A program made the translations under genes and the position numbers. A DNA stretch of 64,000 nucleotides, from the NCBI GenBank assembly GCA_964016885.1, contig OZ024742.1, forward strand, positions 318,370,001 through 318,434,000. Direction: 5' to 3'. The DNA is from Eledone cirrhosa. Taxonomy: Eukaryota. The notes beneath the pieces are model-generated. The model was not told where the DNA came from. It saw only the letters and a program-made list of their open reading frames with translations, and searched no databases. Positions within the stretch are counted from its first letter, which is position 1, and each line of letters opens with the position of its first letter. Below, piece after piece: positions 10,601 through 22,868 of the stretch.

Positions 10601-13600
10601 TCTCTTACCCATATGTCTCTCGATCAAAATTAACCTAGGAATAAACAACAACAGAAACAATATATATAGCTATTTGATAATGAAACGTCTGAACAAATTA
10701 TTGGAATACAAACCGTAAACATTTTGGTCAGCAGATCGATATTCTGATGACTTGACCGGATGTCATCTAGAAATTAACTTGAAAGCAGTATTTTGTTTGG
10801 GGGGGGGGGTATATTTAAGGAATTTATTAGGAAATAAGACAGTAAAACTGAAATGTTTACGTTAAAAGATAAAAAAAAAAAGAAAATGGAGACGTTATAA
10901 AAATGAAAAGGAAAGATCTTTTCTTCGCCCACTTATTCCTGAGAGGGTTGTGGGGGCAGTGTCCTCAAGCACTCCCTCCAACGGGTCCTGTCAGAAGCAA
11001 CCATCTCCAACTGATCCGGCTGGATCCCCAACCGTGATCAACCAAGCTCATGGATGTTATCCAACCATCTGGCTCAGGGTCTACCCGTAAAGTTTCGCCC
11101 GTAAAATCTGTCCAGCGATTCTTTCCTCAGATATTTTAACCACATGCCCATAGTATCGGAGCTGTGATCTCTCAATTCGGAGAAGATAAAAACAAAATTA
11201 AGTAATGAGAAAAAAATGGGATCTTGCCGTATAGGAAAGTATAGGAGAGGACTATAAATGAGAGGAAGAGGAGGGAAAAAGCAAGGACTCTTGAGGTACA
11301 GAAAAAAGGGAGAGGAAAGGGGAGAGGGTGATGGGCTCAGGACCTAAGGTGGGGTGGTGTTTGGGCTGCAAAAATTGTATGGTATTCTTGTGATTTTATT
11401 TTCTTAACATTATTGATTTTTTTTAATTCCAGAACCTGGTTTTCTCAAGGTGTATCTGCGTCCAATAAGTAAATTCTTAAACCAATCCAGGATTATCTTT
11501 AATGAAACTGGTGACCATGGAAACAAGTGGCACCAAGCTGAGATTCAGCTGGAAAACATAACAGAATCATTCCAGGTAAAATAAAACTATCAAATTATTT
11601 ATTTATTTAATTTATTTAATTTATTTTTCCCGACATGGAATTTATTTTCCATCTTTTTAAGCATTTTGAATAAAAATTGACTTTTGTGTTCTTAATTTAA
11701 ACTATACTTCGATTCTTCGAGTGCTATATTTATATCTGTATATATATGGTCGCATGTGTCGTTATGTAGCTGTTAAAGAGTTCGCATCGCATGTTGGCGT
11801 AATTGTTTGGCTGTAAAGTGATTTAGCTCTGGATGTATTTCATCCCAGTGTGGCTTCATTCTGTTCTTATAGCCAACGGAGGAATTATTTTTCTCGCTAT
11901 TTTATAACAATTAAATAAATCATCATTAAGTTCGCAACACCAAGAGAAATGCAATTTATAATTTCGGTTTCTTCTGTAGCTACAACTCAATAAATTTTGT
12001 TTATCTTTCTCATTGATTTTCTCACTGGTTTTCTTCGGTAAATTGTTTTCGTTCTTTGTGTTCGGTAAATTATTATTGTTGATGTTGTGTCCATTCATGC
12101 TGTTTGTAGCAAATCCTTGTAAAATGAATTATGTATATCTCTACGAATTCGAATAAAAGGTGTCTTCAGTGGATATAGTTAGAAGAATATCCAGTTATTC
12201 AACACGACTAGTAGTTGTGGCATTACTGTCGCAGATAGTATTCATCTTAAATTCGATGAATAGTCTCCCACGCCAAAATGTGCAACTGATCGGGTTGACT
12301 GACTGTCTCTGTAAGTATATATGTATGTATGCATGCATGCATGTATGTTTATTTTGCTGAGCGAGAGACCCTCTAGTCTTCATTAAGACATCTCTCTAGG
12401 AGGAGGTCACTCTGATATAAAACCTGCGACTTCGTTAGTATCCAATGATGTAGACCAGTTCTACTTTTTGGGCAAATGCATTCGATCTCCAGAAAGTGGG
12501 ATTGGCCCCATGCAAAGCCTTTCCTCACTTAAAAAATCTTCAAGCACTGTCATCGCTTGATATGTGATAATGTTTGCGATGCAAGACATGGCTGGCCATA
12601 GGCAAGTTCCTAGCAGGACTAAAAAGCTACGACCTTGATTCTCATGCTTAAGTATCAAGCGATGGCATTTCTAGAAATCGAGTTGCGGCCATCATGTATG
12701 TTATACATATGTATATATACATGTATGTATGTAGTATGTATGTATGCATGTATGTATGTATGTATACATGTTATGTATGCATGCATGTATGCATGTATGT
12801 ATGTATTTATGTATGTATGTATGTATGCATGCATGTATGCATGTTATATCTGTATGCATGTACATTTGTATGTACATTTGTATGTATGTATGTATGTATG
12901 TATGTATGCATGTATGTATGAATGAATGATGAGTCACAGTCGCAACCATGTTCAAAGAGAACCAGTGAACTATGATCTCTACGGTATTGTGAGGGTTCAC
13001 AGGCAACCTGATGCAAGACCTCAGGCCAGGGAGATCCATAGTTGTCGTCAGTGTGCGAAGGAATGCAAGTCTCTAGCAGGCTTGAAAAGCCATATCCGAG
13101 CATCCCACATCTGAATCTGACAAGCGATTGCAATACTCTTGACAGAGTTTGCAGCCATCATGTATGAATGTATGCATGTTATATCTGTATGTATGTTTGT
13201 ATGTATGTATGAATATATGCATGTTATATCTGTATGTATGTATGTTTGTATGTATGTATGAATGTATGCACGTTATATCTGTATGTATGTATGTTTGTAT
13301 GTATTACTGTCTTATGATTTTATATACTATCTATTTAATAGCTTGTGTTCGAAGGAACAACGAAAAAGAATTACCAAAATGACATTGCAATTGATGATGT
13401 TCGACTGTGGCATGTTGCCTGCAATGGTAAGTAAAACAGCTTTTGTCAAGAAGTCAATCTTAATTTGTTTGTGAATTATTTTGTTCTCATGTGTTGTGGT
13501 ATTCAGTGAACTTATTACGAGTTTAATTAGTGCCTGGGTCATTCATTAAAGCTTAAAGGAGTGAGGGTGGAGTAGCTTCAGCCCAGATTCCACTCTCTCT

Positions 13601-15229
13601 TTACACTCCTTTCCTCTGCATCCGCCATAACCTCCACACCTTACATGACTCTACTTCTTAATCACAGTCAATGTAACAGCACCAATGTCTCTCTCTTCAT
13701 TCTAAAACCAAAGGCAAGAGCTCGGAACATTATATTGCTTTTCACTCCTCGCTGCAACTGAATAGCGAATTAGTGAAATCCTTAGAACATCGAACGACGC
13801 CTTGCGTTCCGGGTTCAAATACCATCGAGGTCAACTTTGTTTTTCAATCTCCTGAGGTCGATAAATAACGTACTAATCTAGGGCTGTTGACTGACAAAAC
13901 CTTTAGAGCGGCGAACAGGATGCCTTGCAGCATTTGTTTCCGCTTTTGCGTTCTGAATTCTGAGTTCAAATGCCGTTGCTTCTCCTTGCCTGTCCACTGG
14001 TTCCGGGGCCATTGGAAGGGTCCCGAACACGACACTTCCTCCTGACTAAGAAATAGAAAATTAAAATGTAGCTATAGATTGTTAAATTGGAGTAAATTTG
14101 AGCAGAATTTTGCCACAAATTATGGCGATGCTGTCTACTTCTAGGAACTGTCCTGTTAGGGCTTATCTTAACTTTGACCCTATTAAATGGGATTAGGCCT
14201 TGTTGTAATGTTTAAGAGGTTCGCTTCGCATTACATGGTTCCTCGTTTGATCTCACCGTACGATACCTTGAGCAAATATCTTCTACCATAGATTCGGGTT
14301 GACCAATGCCTTGTAGACAGAGACTACGTGGAAAAGCCCTTACTGATACTGAATTGTTAATCAATTAGCAAGCAGCTCAAGGTGCCGCCTTCCTTCATAC
14401 TGGTTGTTAGTTCTTCATTTAAGATTTTATCATTATAAAGGTAATTCAACTGTATTTCTAACTTGAATATAAATATTATAATGTATTGTGATAAGACCAT
14501 TGTCAATTCTTCCCTGTCTTTTTTATTTTATTAGATACTACATCTAGAAGTTGGCATATGCCGGCATCTAAAAGTGTCTCATATGCCGTGACAGTACCTT
14601 CCAGCATCCGTCCATTTCCGTCTTCATCAGATTCTTCAGAAAAACTCACTACATTAGATACAGAAAATAACTCAGATAGACCAAAATTTATCTCAAAATC
14701 AAAAGATTTTTATTCAAAGGCATCAAGGGGTGTAACCTCGCCAAAATTTGATAAGCATACTCAGACTGGTGCACCTGATACATCTCGATTTTTGTCACGT
14801 GATAAACTGTATGAAGCAACAACATCAACAACACCAACACAAGTTAATACTCGAATAGGGACAAGGAAGTTCACGGAAGTAAATGAGGAATCGAAACTTT
14901 TCCAGTCTTCAACAACACTGAAAATGACCATTGAAATAGAAACGATAGCAAGTGTGACGGGAAGTACACATGACAGTAACAACACAGTTCGGAAAATTAA
15001 TGCAATACCTTCTCAAAATGAGCCCCTTAACAGAAATGCCAAAGAAAATTACACACCTCTGGCAATTGGAATTACGGTTGCTTTATTATTAGGAGTCTGT
15101 GTTATATTCTTCATTGTTTGGTTATGGGCATGGAACCAAGACAAAAAGAGAGCTGAGGCAGAAAACGAAGAAGAGACACATCCCATTACTAATGCAGCTT
15201 CCAACAGTAGTCTTCAAAATGCTCTTTGA
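4478..15229 (+). CDS. 5'-partial multi-exon gene for a Sushi/CCP + MAM + Ser/Thr-rich stalk + single-pass TM protein (class C scavenger receptor-like); exons 4478-4648, 7062-7217, 9366-9500, 11433-11575, 13342-13426, 14535-15229
   Basis: All six exons have a polypyrimidine-AG acceptor, and the five internal ones have GT donors with matching phases (1,1,1,0,1). The joined 1385 nt stay open for about 460 codons to TGA at 15227-15229. CCP, MAM, stalk and TM motifs are recognisable. The family name is inferred from domain order only. Confidence 0.9.
5287..6446. mobile_element. Non-autonomous hAT (Charlie-like) element containing an 85-bp minisatellite
   Basis: Ends are cagtggttcc / ggaaccactt, with 8-bp flanks gtctagag / atctagag. 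Confidence 0.7.
5905..6305. repeat. Minisatellite, 85-bp unit, about 4.5 copies
   Basis: tgttactgtcagaaactcctgtatcacc... recurs at 5993, 6078, 6163 and 6248. Confidence 0.9.
7062..7217 (+). CDS. Exon: MAM domain N-terminal part
   Basis: tttacag acceptor and gtaact donor. Reads CDFENGRCGWLQDHTDEFDWIRH...TGPSNDHT, the MAM signature. Confidence 0.92.
7558..7995 (+). mobile_element. Two tandem tRNA-derived SINE copies
   Basis: Each begins gg[a/g]cggtggattggca and ends ..gctggccttgtg..aaa.tagaaa. The sequence taagattatactgaagg precedes both. Confidence 0.75.
8050..8330 (+). mobile_element. hAT MITE
   Basis: Starts cagaggttctcaaact; 8-bp TSD atctagct at 8042-8049 and 8331-8338. Confidence 0.75.
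9366..9500 (+). CDS. Exon: MAM domain middle part
   Basis: tttctcag acceptor and gtaggg donor. Reads GFYMYIEASS...ARLLSP...CFEFWYHMW. Confidence 0.92.
9562..9880 (-). mobile_element. hAT MITE, same family as 8050-8330, opposite orientation
   Basis: TIRs ctgaggttctcaaa / tttgagaacttctg; exact 8-bp TSD gcctagag. Confidence 0.85.
10918..11322 (-). mobile_element. RTE-type 3' fragment sharing extra flank with 2837-3240
   Basis: Colinear similarity to 2837-3240 across both the LINE part and the purine-rich non-LINE part. Confidence 0.75.
11433..11575 (+). CDS. Exon: MAM domain
   Basis: ttccag acceptor and gtaaaa donor. Reads PGFLKVYLR...GDHGNKWHQAEIQLENITESFQ. Confidence 0.9.
12360..12695 (+). 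mobile_element. Short RTE-derived non-autonomous retroelement (5'-UTR-like head plus 3' tail); second copy at about 51575-51905
   Basis: ctaggag.aggtcactctgatataaaacctgcgac head; ends gc.gccatcatgtatg into (ATGT)n. Two similar copies occur in the window. Confidence 0.6.
12926..13160 (+). mobile_element. LINE 3' fragment with C-terminal C2H2 zinc finger
   Basis: CRQCAKECKSLAGLKSHIRASH, then a short UTR and an (ATGT)n tail. The 3' end is also present at about 2050-2145. Confidence 0.6.
13342..13426 (+). CDS. Exon: MAM domain C-terminus
   Basis: aatag acceptor and gtaagt donor. Reads LVFEG...DIAIDDVRL...C. Confidence 0.9.
14535..15229 (+). CDS. Terminal exon: Ser/Thr-rich mucin-like stalk, TM helix, short cytoplasmic tail
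   Basis: ttattag acceptor, phase 1. Ser/Thr-rich run, hydrophobic LAIGITVALLLGVCVIFFIVWLW followed by KKR, then a stop. AATAAA lies at 15563-15568. Confidence 0.9.
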
Positions 15230-15564
15230 TATTTTACTTCGATATTTTTTTTCACTGTGAAGAAGATATTGTAAACATTACAATTGTTGATACAACATAG
15301 CAAACATTCAACTGATATAACAGTTGCATGCATGCTTTCTTGCCTGTTGTCTCTGTATGTTGCCAGAAAGATAATATTGTATCACGTCTGAACAAATGTG
15401 TATAATTTCTATATACAGAAGTACTGCTTATCTATAGATGAGAAGTATTTCTATAGAAGAGTGTATATAAATGTGGGAGGTTACAGGGAACAACTTGTTA
15501 TGTGTATGGTGTAAATAAGTGTGTGTATGTACATACATTTATATGTACGAGTATATAAAAGAAA

Positions 15565-16122
15565 TAAAATGGAGCTGTAGACTGTTATATTGGAGTAAAT
15601 TTGAGCAGAATTTTGCCACAAATTATGGCGATGTCGCCTACTTCTAGGAACTGTCCTGCTAGGGCTTATCTTTATTTTGGCCCTATTAAATGGGATTAGG
15701 CCTTGTTGTAATGTTTAAGAGGTTCGCTTCGCATTACATGGTTCCTCGTTTGATCTCACCGTACGATACCTTGAGCAAATATCTTCTACCATAGATTCGG
15801 GTTGACCAATGCCTTGTAGACAGAGACTACGTGGAAAAGCCTTTACTGATACTGAATTGTCAATCAATTAGCAAGCAGCTCAAGGTGCCGCCTTCCTTCA
15901 TACTGGTTGTTAGTTCTTCATTTAAGATTTTATCATTATAAAGGCAATTCAACTGTATTTCTAACTTGACTATAAATATTATAATGTCTTGTGATAAGAC
16001 CATTGTCAATTCTTCCCTGTCATTTTAATTTTATTAGATACTAGATCTAGAATTTGGCATATGCCGGCATCTTAAAAGTTTTCAAAACACTCTTTGATAT
16101 TTTCCTTCGATATTTTTTTCAC
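15565..16122 (+). repeat. Local duplication of the last intron end and terminal exon with a large internal deletion; candidate alternative terminal exon 16038-16075
   Basis: About 15565-16079 closely matches 14062-14576. It is followed directly by 16080-16122, which matches 15211-15255. The AG acceptor is retained at 16036-16037. Confidence 0.85.
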
Positions 16123-16668
16123 GCCAGCCGCTGTTTTGCTATAGATTGTTCACCATCCCCTTCCTTCCTTTTACAAACATACATTCACACAAACTCTCTC
16201 TCTCTCTCTCTCAAACACACACACACATTGTGTGACGGACGGAAGTCGCTCAAATTTATACATAGATAGCGTTTACAGAGATAAGACTATACTAAATGTA
16301 TTGTCTATGTTGCCCATAGTTGATTACTAATAGTTCTTGAATTTTAGTATCACCATTTGTCACTAATTTATATTACCTATAGCCATTTAGTATAATCCAT
16401 TGAATAGAAAAAAACGGTCCATGTTGTTTACATAGCCAATTTGGGGGACACCAAAATATGCACCGAAATTACTCAAGTCCATCTCAACGACCGATGACCA
16501 TGGAGTTCTGTGTTCTTCGTTTGTATTTTTTTTTTTTTTTATTATTTTTTAAGGTTTCTCCTTTAAAAAATTGTTTTTTCTTTTTGTTTTGTTTTGTTTC
16601 CGTTCGTTGTCTTGTCCTCTCTCAGTTGATTTTCTTAAGTTTATCATTGGTCACTACTTTCGCACTAA

Positions 16669-17100
16669 TTGCCTACCCGTTTCGGCCTGCACCCTCTGTC
16701 TTGCCGCCAGAGCGCAGGCCGGTTCCCCCGACACACCGCTCTCAACAACATATTGAGAATAATCCTGGGCGCAGCGGGCTTTCCATCTCAACTGAAGCCA
16801 TCAAGCCTAAAGTGCGGAGATGGCAAGCGCCCCGACGGAATCACCCTCTTCCCATTCGAAGGACGTAGATCCCTCATCTGGGACACCACCTGCTGCGACA
16901 CGTTCTCCGCCTCCAACTTAGACGCTTCGGCCACAAACCCCGGCATCGCAGCCCGCCTCGCAGAAGAACGTAAAATAAACAAATACCGGGGTTTGTCCGG
17001 CCGCTTCCTCTTCACACCGTCGATACCTCAGGCGTACTTGAACCACGTACTGCCGAGTATCTCCGCAACATCGGAGCATCGGCAGCCCGTCTGAGGAGAG
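16669..17100 (+). mobile_element. CRE-like non-LTR retrotransposon fragment (restriction-like endonuclease region)
   Basis: GC-rich island encoding HPLSC..RH..LNNILR, DGKRPDGITLFPF..GRRSLIWDTTCCDT, AARLAEERKINKY. Confidence 0.75.
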
Positions 17101-17303
17101 AGCCCCACGAGGTTGGGTGGCTGTTACAGCGGGTGTCACTGGCCATCGTCCGGGGGAGTGTTTTTGCCATCTTGTCAGCGGGGCGCATCACTTCTGCCCC
17201 CTTGCTCTAGACCCAAAGCCCAATCACCCTCCCCCTTTACCCCTCCCCTCTCTACTGCGACACCAGAGCTCTTGTCATCCCCTCCCTTTCCCGTTCTTTT
17301 TCT

Positions 17304-17351
<48 letters not shown>

Positions 17352-17904
17352 TCCTTCTCCTTTTTCTTTCTAACGTGACAACGAAACAGAGTTCAATGCC
17401 TCCTCCTATGTCTCTGATTATCACTTTTGTCTGGCGTTGCCCCATGTACTGGGATACAAGTTTATGAGGAAGTGTTTCGTGATGAATTGGCAGTATCGGT
17501 AGAGAGTCGGACGCCATGCTTTCCAGCGTAGTTACATCCCTTTACGGTCTGAGTTCAAATCCCGTCGAGGTTAACTTTGCCTTTCATCCTTACGGGGTTG
17601 ATAAAATAAAGTACCAGTAATGTACTGGGTAATTGCTGGCCTTGTGCCAAAAGTAGAAACAATTATTATAGGCTTCCTTTTTTATATATAAATATTATAT
17701 CAGCCGGGACATCTAACAGATTTCCTTTTAATTCGTTTTCTCAGTGCACAGAACAAAAAAAAAAAAAAAAATTCAAGCCAAGACATACTTCCGAAAAAAA
17801 CTCTATGTATTCAAAGAATAGATTAATTCTGTTTTCTGTTTGTTGAAATACTAGTATTTTTGTCTCATCGGCGGGTGTGGTTTTGCTATTTATATTATAT
17901 CTGT

Positions 17905-18204
17905 CTTCTTCTTCTTCTTCTTCTTCTTCTTCTTCTTCTTCTTCTTTCTTCTTTCTTCTTTCTTCTTCTTCTTGAGAGGGTAATGAGTGCAGAGTCCTCA
18001 AACATTCCTTCTAGCAGGTCCTGTCAGAAGCAACCGTCTCCAACTGATCCAGCTGGATCCCCAAAGCGAGACCAGCCAAGCTCAAGGATATTATCCAACC
18101 ATCTTGCTCGGGGTCTATCCCTGGGTCTCCTACCTGTTCGTTTTGCCCGCAAAATCTGTCCAGCAATTTTTTCCTGAGATATTCTACCACATGCCCATAG
18201 TATC
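17905..18204 (-). mobile_element. RTE-type 3' fragment with long (GAA)n tail inserted in the satellite edge
   Basis: Same family as 2837-3110. It separates one diverged satellite unit (17828-17904) from the main array. Confidence 0.7.
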
Positions 18205-21200
18205 AGATCTGTTTTCTGTTTGTTGAAATACTAGTCTTTGACTCTTCGGTGGGTGTGGCTTTGCAGTTTATATTATATCTGTTTTCTGTTTGTTGAAATA
18301 CTAGTCTTTGACTCTTCGGTAGGTGTGCTTTGCAGTTTATATTATATCTGTTTTCTGTTTGTTGAAATACTAGTCTTTGGCTCTTCGGTGGGTGTGGCTT
18401 TGCAGTTTATATTATATCTGTTTTCTGTTTGTTGAAATACTAGTCTTTGGCTCTTCGGTGGGTGTGGCTTTGCAGTTTATATTATATCTGTTTTCTGTTT
18501 GTTGAAATACTAGTCTTTGGCTCTTCGGTGGGTGTGGCTTTGCAGTTTATATTATATCTGTTTTCTGTTTGTTGAAATACTAGTCTTTGGCTCTTCGGTG
18601 GGTGTGGCTTTGCAGTTTATATTATATCTGTTTTCTGTTTGTTGAAATACTAGTCTTTGGCTCTTCGGTAGGTGTGGCTTTGCAGTTTATATTATATCTG
18701 TTTTCTGTTTGTTGAAATACTAGTCTTTGACTCTTCGGTGGGTCTGGCTTTGCAGTTTATATTATATCTGTTTTCTGTTTGTTGAAATACTAGTCTTTGG
18801 CTCTTCGGTGGGTGTGGCTTTGCAGTTTATATTATATCTGTTTTCTGTTTGTTGAAATACTAGTCTTTGGCTCTTCGGTGGGTGTGGCTTTGCAGTTTAT
18901 ATTATATCTGTTTTCTGTTTGTTGAAATACTAGTCTTTGGCTCTTCGGTGGGTGTGGCTTTGCAGTTTATATTATATCTGTTTTCTGTTTGTTGAAATAC
19001 TAGTCTTTGGCTCTTCGGTAGGTGTGGCTTTGCAGTTTATATTATATCTGTTTTCTGTTTGTTGAAATACTAGTCTTTGGCTCTTCGGTGGGTGTGGCTT
19101 TGCAGTTTATATTATATCTGTTTTCTGTTTGTTGAAATACTAGTCTTTGACTCTTCGGTAGGTGTGCTTTGCAGTTTATATTATATCTGTTTTCTGTTTG
19201 TTGAAATACTAGTCTTTGGCTCTTCGGTGGGTGTGGCTTTGCAGTTTATATTATATCTGTTTTCTGTTTGTTGAAATACTAGTCTTTGGCTCTTCGGTAG
19301 GTGTGGCTTTGCAGTTTATATTATATCTGTTTTCTGTTTGTTGAAATACTAGTCTTTGACTCTTCGGTAGGTGTGGCTTTGCAGTTTATATTATATCTGT
19401 TTTCTGTTTGTTGAAATACTAGTCTTTGGCTCTTCGGTGGGTGTGGCTTTGCAGTTTATATTATATCTGTTTTCTGTTTGTTGAAATACTAGTCTTTGGC
19501 TCTTCGGTAGGTGTGGCTTTGCAGTTTATATTATATCTGTTTTCTGTTTGTTGAAATACTAGTCTTTGGCTCTTCGGTGGGTGTGGCTTTGCAGTTTATA
19601 TTATATCTGTTTTCTGTTTGTTGAAATACTAGTCTTTGGCTCTTCGGCGGGTGTGGCTTTGCAGTTTATATTATATCTGTTTTCTGTTTGTTGAAATACT
19701 AGTCTTTGCCTCATTGGTGGGTGTGGCTTTGCAGTTTATATTATATCTGTTTTCTGTTTGTTGAAATACTAGTCTTTGCCTCATTGGTGGGTGTGGCTTT
19801 GCAGTTTATATTATATCTGTTTTCTGTTTGTTGAAATACTAGTCTTTGGCTCTTCGGTAGGTGTGGCTTTGCAGTTTATATTATATCTGTTTTCTGTTTG
19901 TTGAAATACTAGTCTTTGGCTCATCGGTGGGTGTGGCTTTGCAGTTTATATTATATCTGTTTTCTGTTTGTTGAAATACTAGTCTTTGGCTTTTCGGTAG
20001 GTGTGGCTTTGCAGTTTATATTATATCTGTTTTCTGTTTGTTGAAATACTAGTCTTTGGCTCTTCGGTAGGTGTGGCTTTGCAGTTTATATTATATCTGT
20101 TTTCTGTTTGTTGAAATACTAGTCTTTGACTCTTCGGTAGGTGTGGCTTTGCAGTTTATATTATATCTGTTTTCTGTTTGTTGAAATACTAGTCTTTGGC
20201 TCTTCGGTGGGTGTGGCTTTGCAGTTTATGTTATATCTGTTTTCTGTTTGTTGAAATACTAGTCTTTGGCTCTTCGGCGGGTGTGGCTTTGCAGTTTATA
20301 TTATATCTGTTTTCTGTTTGTTGAAATACTAGTCTTTGCCTCATTGGTGGGTGTGGCTTTGCAGTTTATATTATATCTGTTTTCTGTTTGTTGAAATACT
20401 AGTCTTTGCCTCATCGGTGGGTGTGGCTTTGCAGTTTATATTATATCTGTTTTCTGTTTGTTGAAATACTAGTCTTTGGCTCTTCGGCGGGTGTGGCTTT
20501 GCAGTTTATATTATATCTGTTTTCTGTTTGTTGAAATACTAGTCTTTGGCTCTTCAGCGGGTGTGGCTTTGCAGTTTATATTATATCTGTTTTCTGTTTG
20601 TTGAAATACTAGTCTTTGGCTCTTCGGTAGGTGTGGCTTTGCAGTTTATATTATATCTGTTTTCTGTTTGTTGAAATACTAGTCTTTGACTCTTCGGTAG
20701 GTGTGGCTTTGCAGTTTATATTATATCTGTTTTCTGTTTGTTGAAATACTAGTCTTTGGCTCTTCGGTGGGTGTGGCTTTGCAGTTTATGTTATATCTGT
20801 TTTCTGTTTGTTGAAATACTAGTCTTTGGCTCTTCGGCGGGTGTGGCTTTGCAGTTTATATTATATCTGTTTTCTGTTTGTTGAAATACTAGTCTTTGCC
20901 TCATTGGTGGGTGTGGCTTTGCAGTTTATATTATATCTGTTTTCTGTTTGTTGAAATACTAGTCTTTGCCTCATCGGTGGGTGTGGCTTTGCAGTTTATA
21001 TTATATCTGTTTTCTGTTTGTTGAAATACTAGTCTTTGGCTCTTCGGCGGGTGTGGCTTTGCAGTTTATATTATATCTGTTTTCTGTTTGTTGAAATACT
21101 AGTCTTTGCCTCATTGGTGGGTGTGGCTTTGCAGTTTATATTATATCTGTTTTCTGTTTGTTGAGATACTAGTCTTTGCCTCATCGGTGGGTGTGGCTTT

Positions 21201-21627
21201 GCAGTTTATATTATATCTGTTTTCTGTTTGTTGAAATACTAGTCTTTGGCTCTTCGGTGGGTGTGGCTTTGCAGTTTATATTATATCTGTTTTCTGTTTG
21301 TTGAAATACTAGTCTTTGCCTCATCGGTGGGTGTGGCTTTGCAGTTTATATTATATCTGTTTTCTGTTTGTTGAAATACTAGTCTTTGGCTCTTCGGTGG
21401 GTGTGGCTTTGCAGTTTATATTATATCTGTTTTCTGTTTGTTGAAATACTAGTCTTTGGCTCTTCGGCGGGTGTGGCTTTGCAGTTTATATTATATCTGT
21501 TTTCTGTTTGTTGAAATACTAGTCTTTGGCTCTTCGGTGGGTGTGGCTTTGCAGTTTATATTATATCTGTTTTCTGTTTGTTGAAATACTAGTCTTTGCC
21601 TCATCGGTGGATGTAGCTTTGCAGTTT
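18205..21627. repeat. Satellite array, 70-bp unit, about 49 copies
   Basis: Unit atctgttttctgtttgttgaaatactagtctttggctcttcggtgggtgtggctttgcagtttatattat. Variation is mostly confined to a window of about 12 nt. Confidence 0.97.
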
Positions 21628-22167
21628 CAATAATCCCATGATTAATGTAATCGAACTTAGTAAAAATTCAAAAAGACTATAGTTTGGTTACTTTTTACGA
21701 AAGTCAATTAATTGAAAGGGTACATATCTCGTATAAAAAATAAAACAAAATAGTGTTATATAACTTATAAAACATCCAAAAACTGGGAAAATTAAAAAAA
21801 AAAAGAACATGTCAAAGTTTGTCAACAACGGAAACAAAGCAAAAAACATGTGGTCAAAAATATGTGGTCAAGCCAAAAATGATGACGATGACGAAGGGGA
21901 GGAAGAAGAAGAAGAAGATCGTGACAATGATGATGATGAATTTTGTTTCGGAATGTTTTAGTTTCGAAAAAAAAAGCAGCCGGTTAAACGGAACAACTGA
22001 CATCTGTTTATTCAAACTATCTAATACATTATGTATGAAAATCTTAATCTTCTCATTTGTTGATTGTCAACACACACACACACACACACACACTGTAAAC
22101 AATCATCTCATTATCATTGCTGTGACCATCAACATCATCGTTATTTTACACACACACACAGACACAC

Positions 22168-22241
<74 letters not shown>

Positions 22242-22829
22242 CCCGGGTTCAATCGGGAGTAACCACAGTAAGTAAGGTACTCAATACATAGCAGAGTATA
22301 AAAATATAGAAATGGCTTCTACAGGGCTAGAACTATTTCATTCGAAGGTTTTCATTAATGATTGAAAGGGAAAACATTAATAAATCTGTGAATATTGCCG
22401 ATATTTTTCAATTTGGGTTGTGTAGGTTGCTTCTGAAGCAAACCTGTTTTCACATGCTATAACAAGGATTTTATTTCTAAGGGGGATTTATCTCCCGACT
22501 CACCGGTTTCTATTCATTTTTAAATGGCAGAAGTAAGTGGTGAGCTGGCAAAATCATTAGGGCGTGGAACAAAATGCCTTGCAGTATTTGATCTATCTCT
22601 GCACTCTGAGTTCAAATCCCACCAAGATCAAATCTGTTTTTCATTCTTTTGGGATGGATAAAACAAAAGAACTAGTCTAGCGAGGTGGATTAGCGAAATT
22701 GTGAGAGCGTCACACACACACACTCCTATATATGGTTGACTACACACGTGCTTTTTGTAAAAAAATATTTTCTATTCTTCCCTCTTCTCACTCTCTATCT
22801 TTCTATTTCATATTTTATTTCTTATTCTA

Positions 22830-22868
22830 TTTTCTGATGAAGGACTAGTGTCCGAAATCCAAAGAGTC
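22830..22868 (+). ncRNA. Decayed hammerhead motif
   Basis: CUGAUGA-A-GGAC(uagu)GUCC-GAAA is intact, but stems I and III are not convincing. Confidence 0.45.

Noticed and set aside
10742-10775. CTGATGA...GAAA possible hammerhead
   Set aside because: The core would itself be paired in a simple hairpin, and no stem I or cleavage-site context is present.
18205-21627. CRISPR-like appearance (constant repeat with a variable segment)
   Set aside because: The variable part is only about 12 nt and cycles among a few related point variants rather than unique spacers. The context is eukaryotic with no cas genes.
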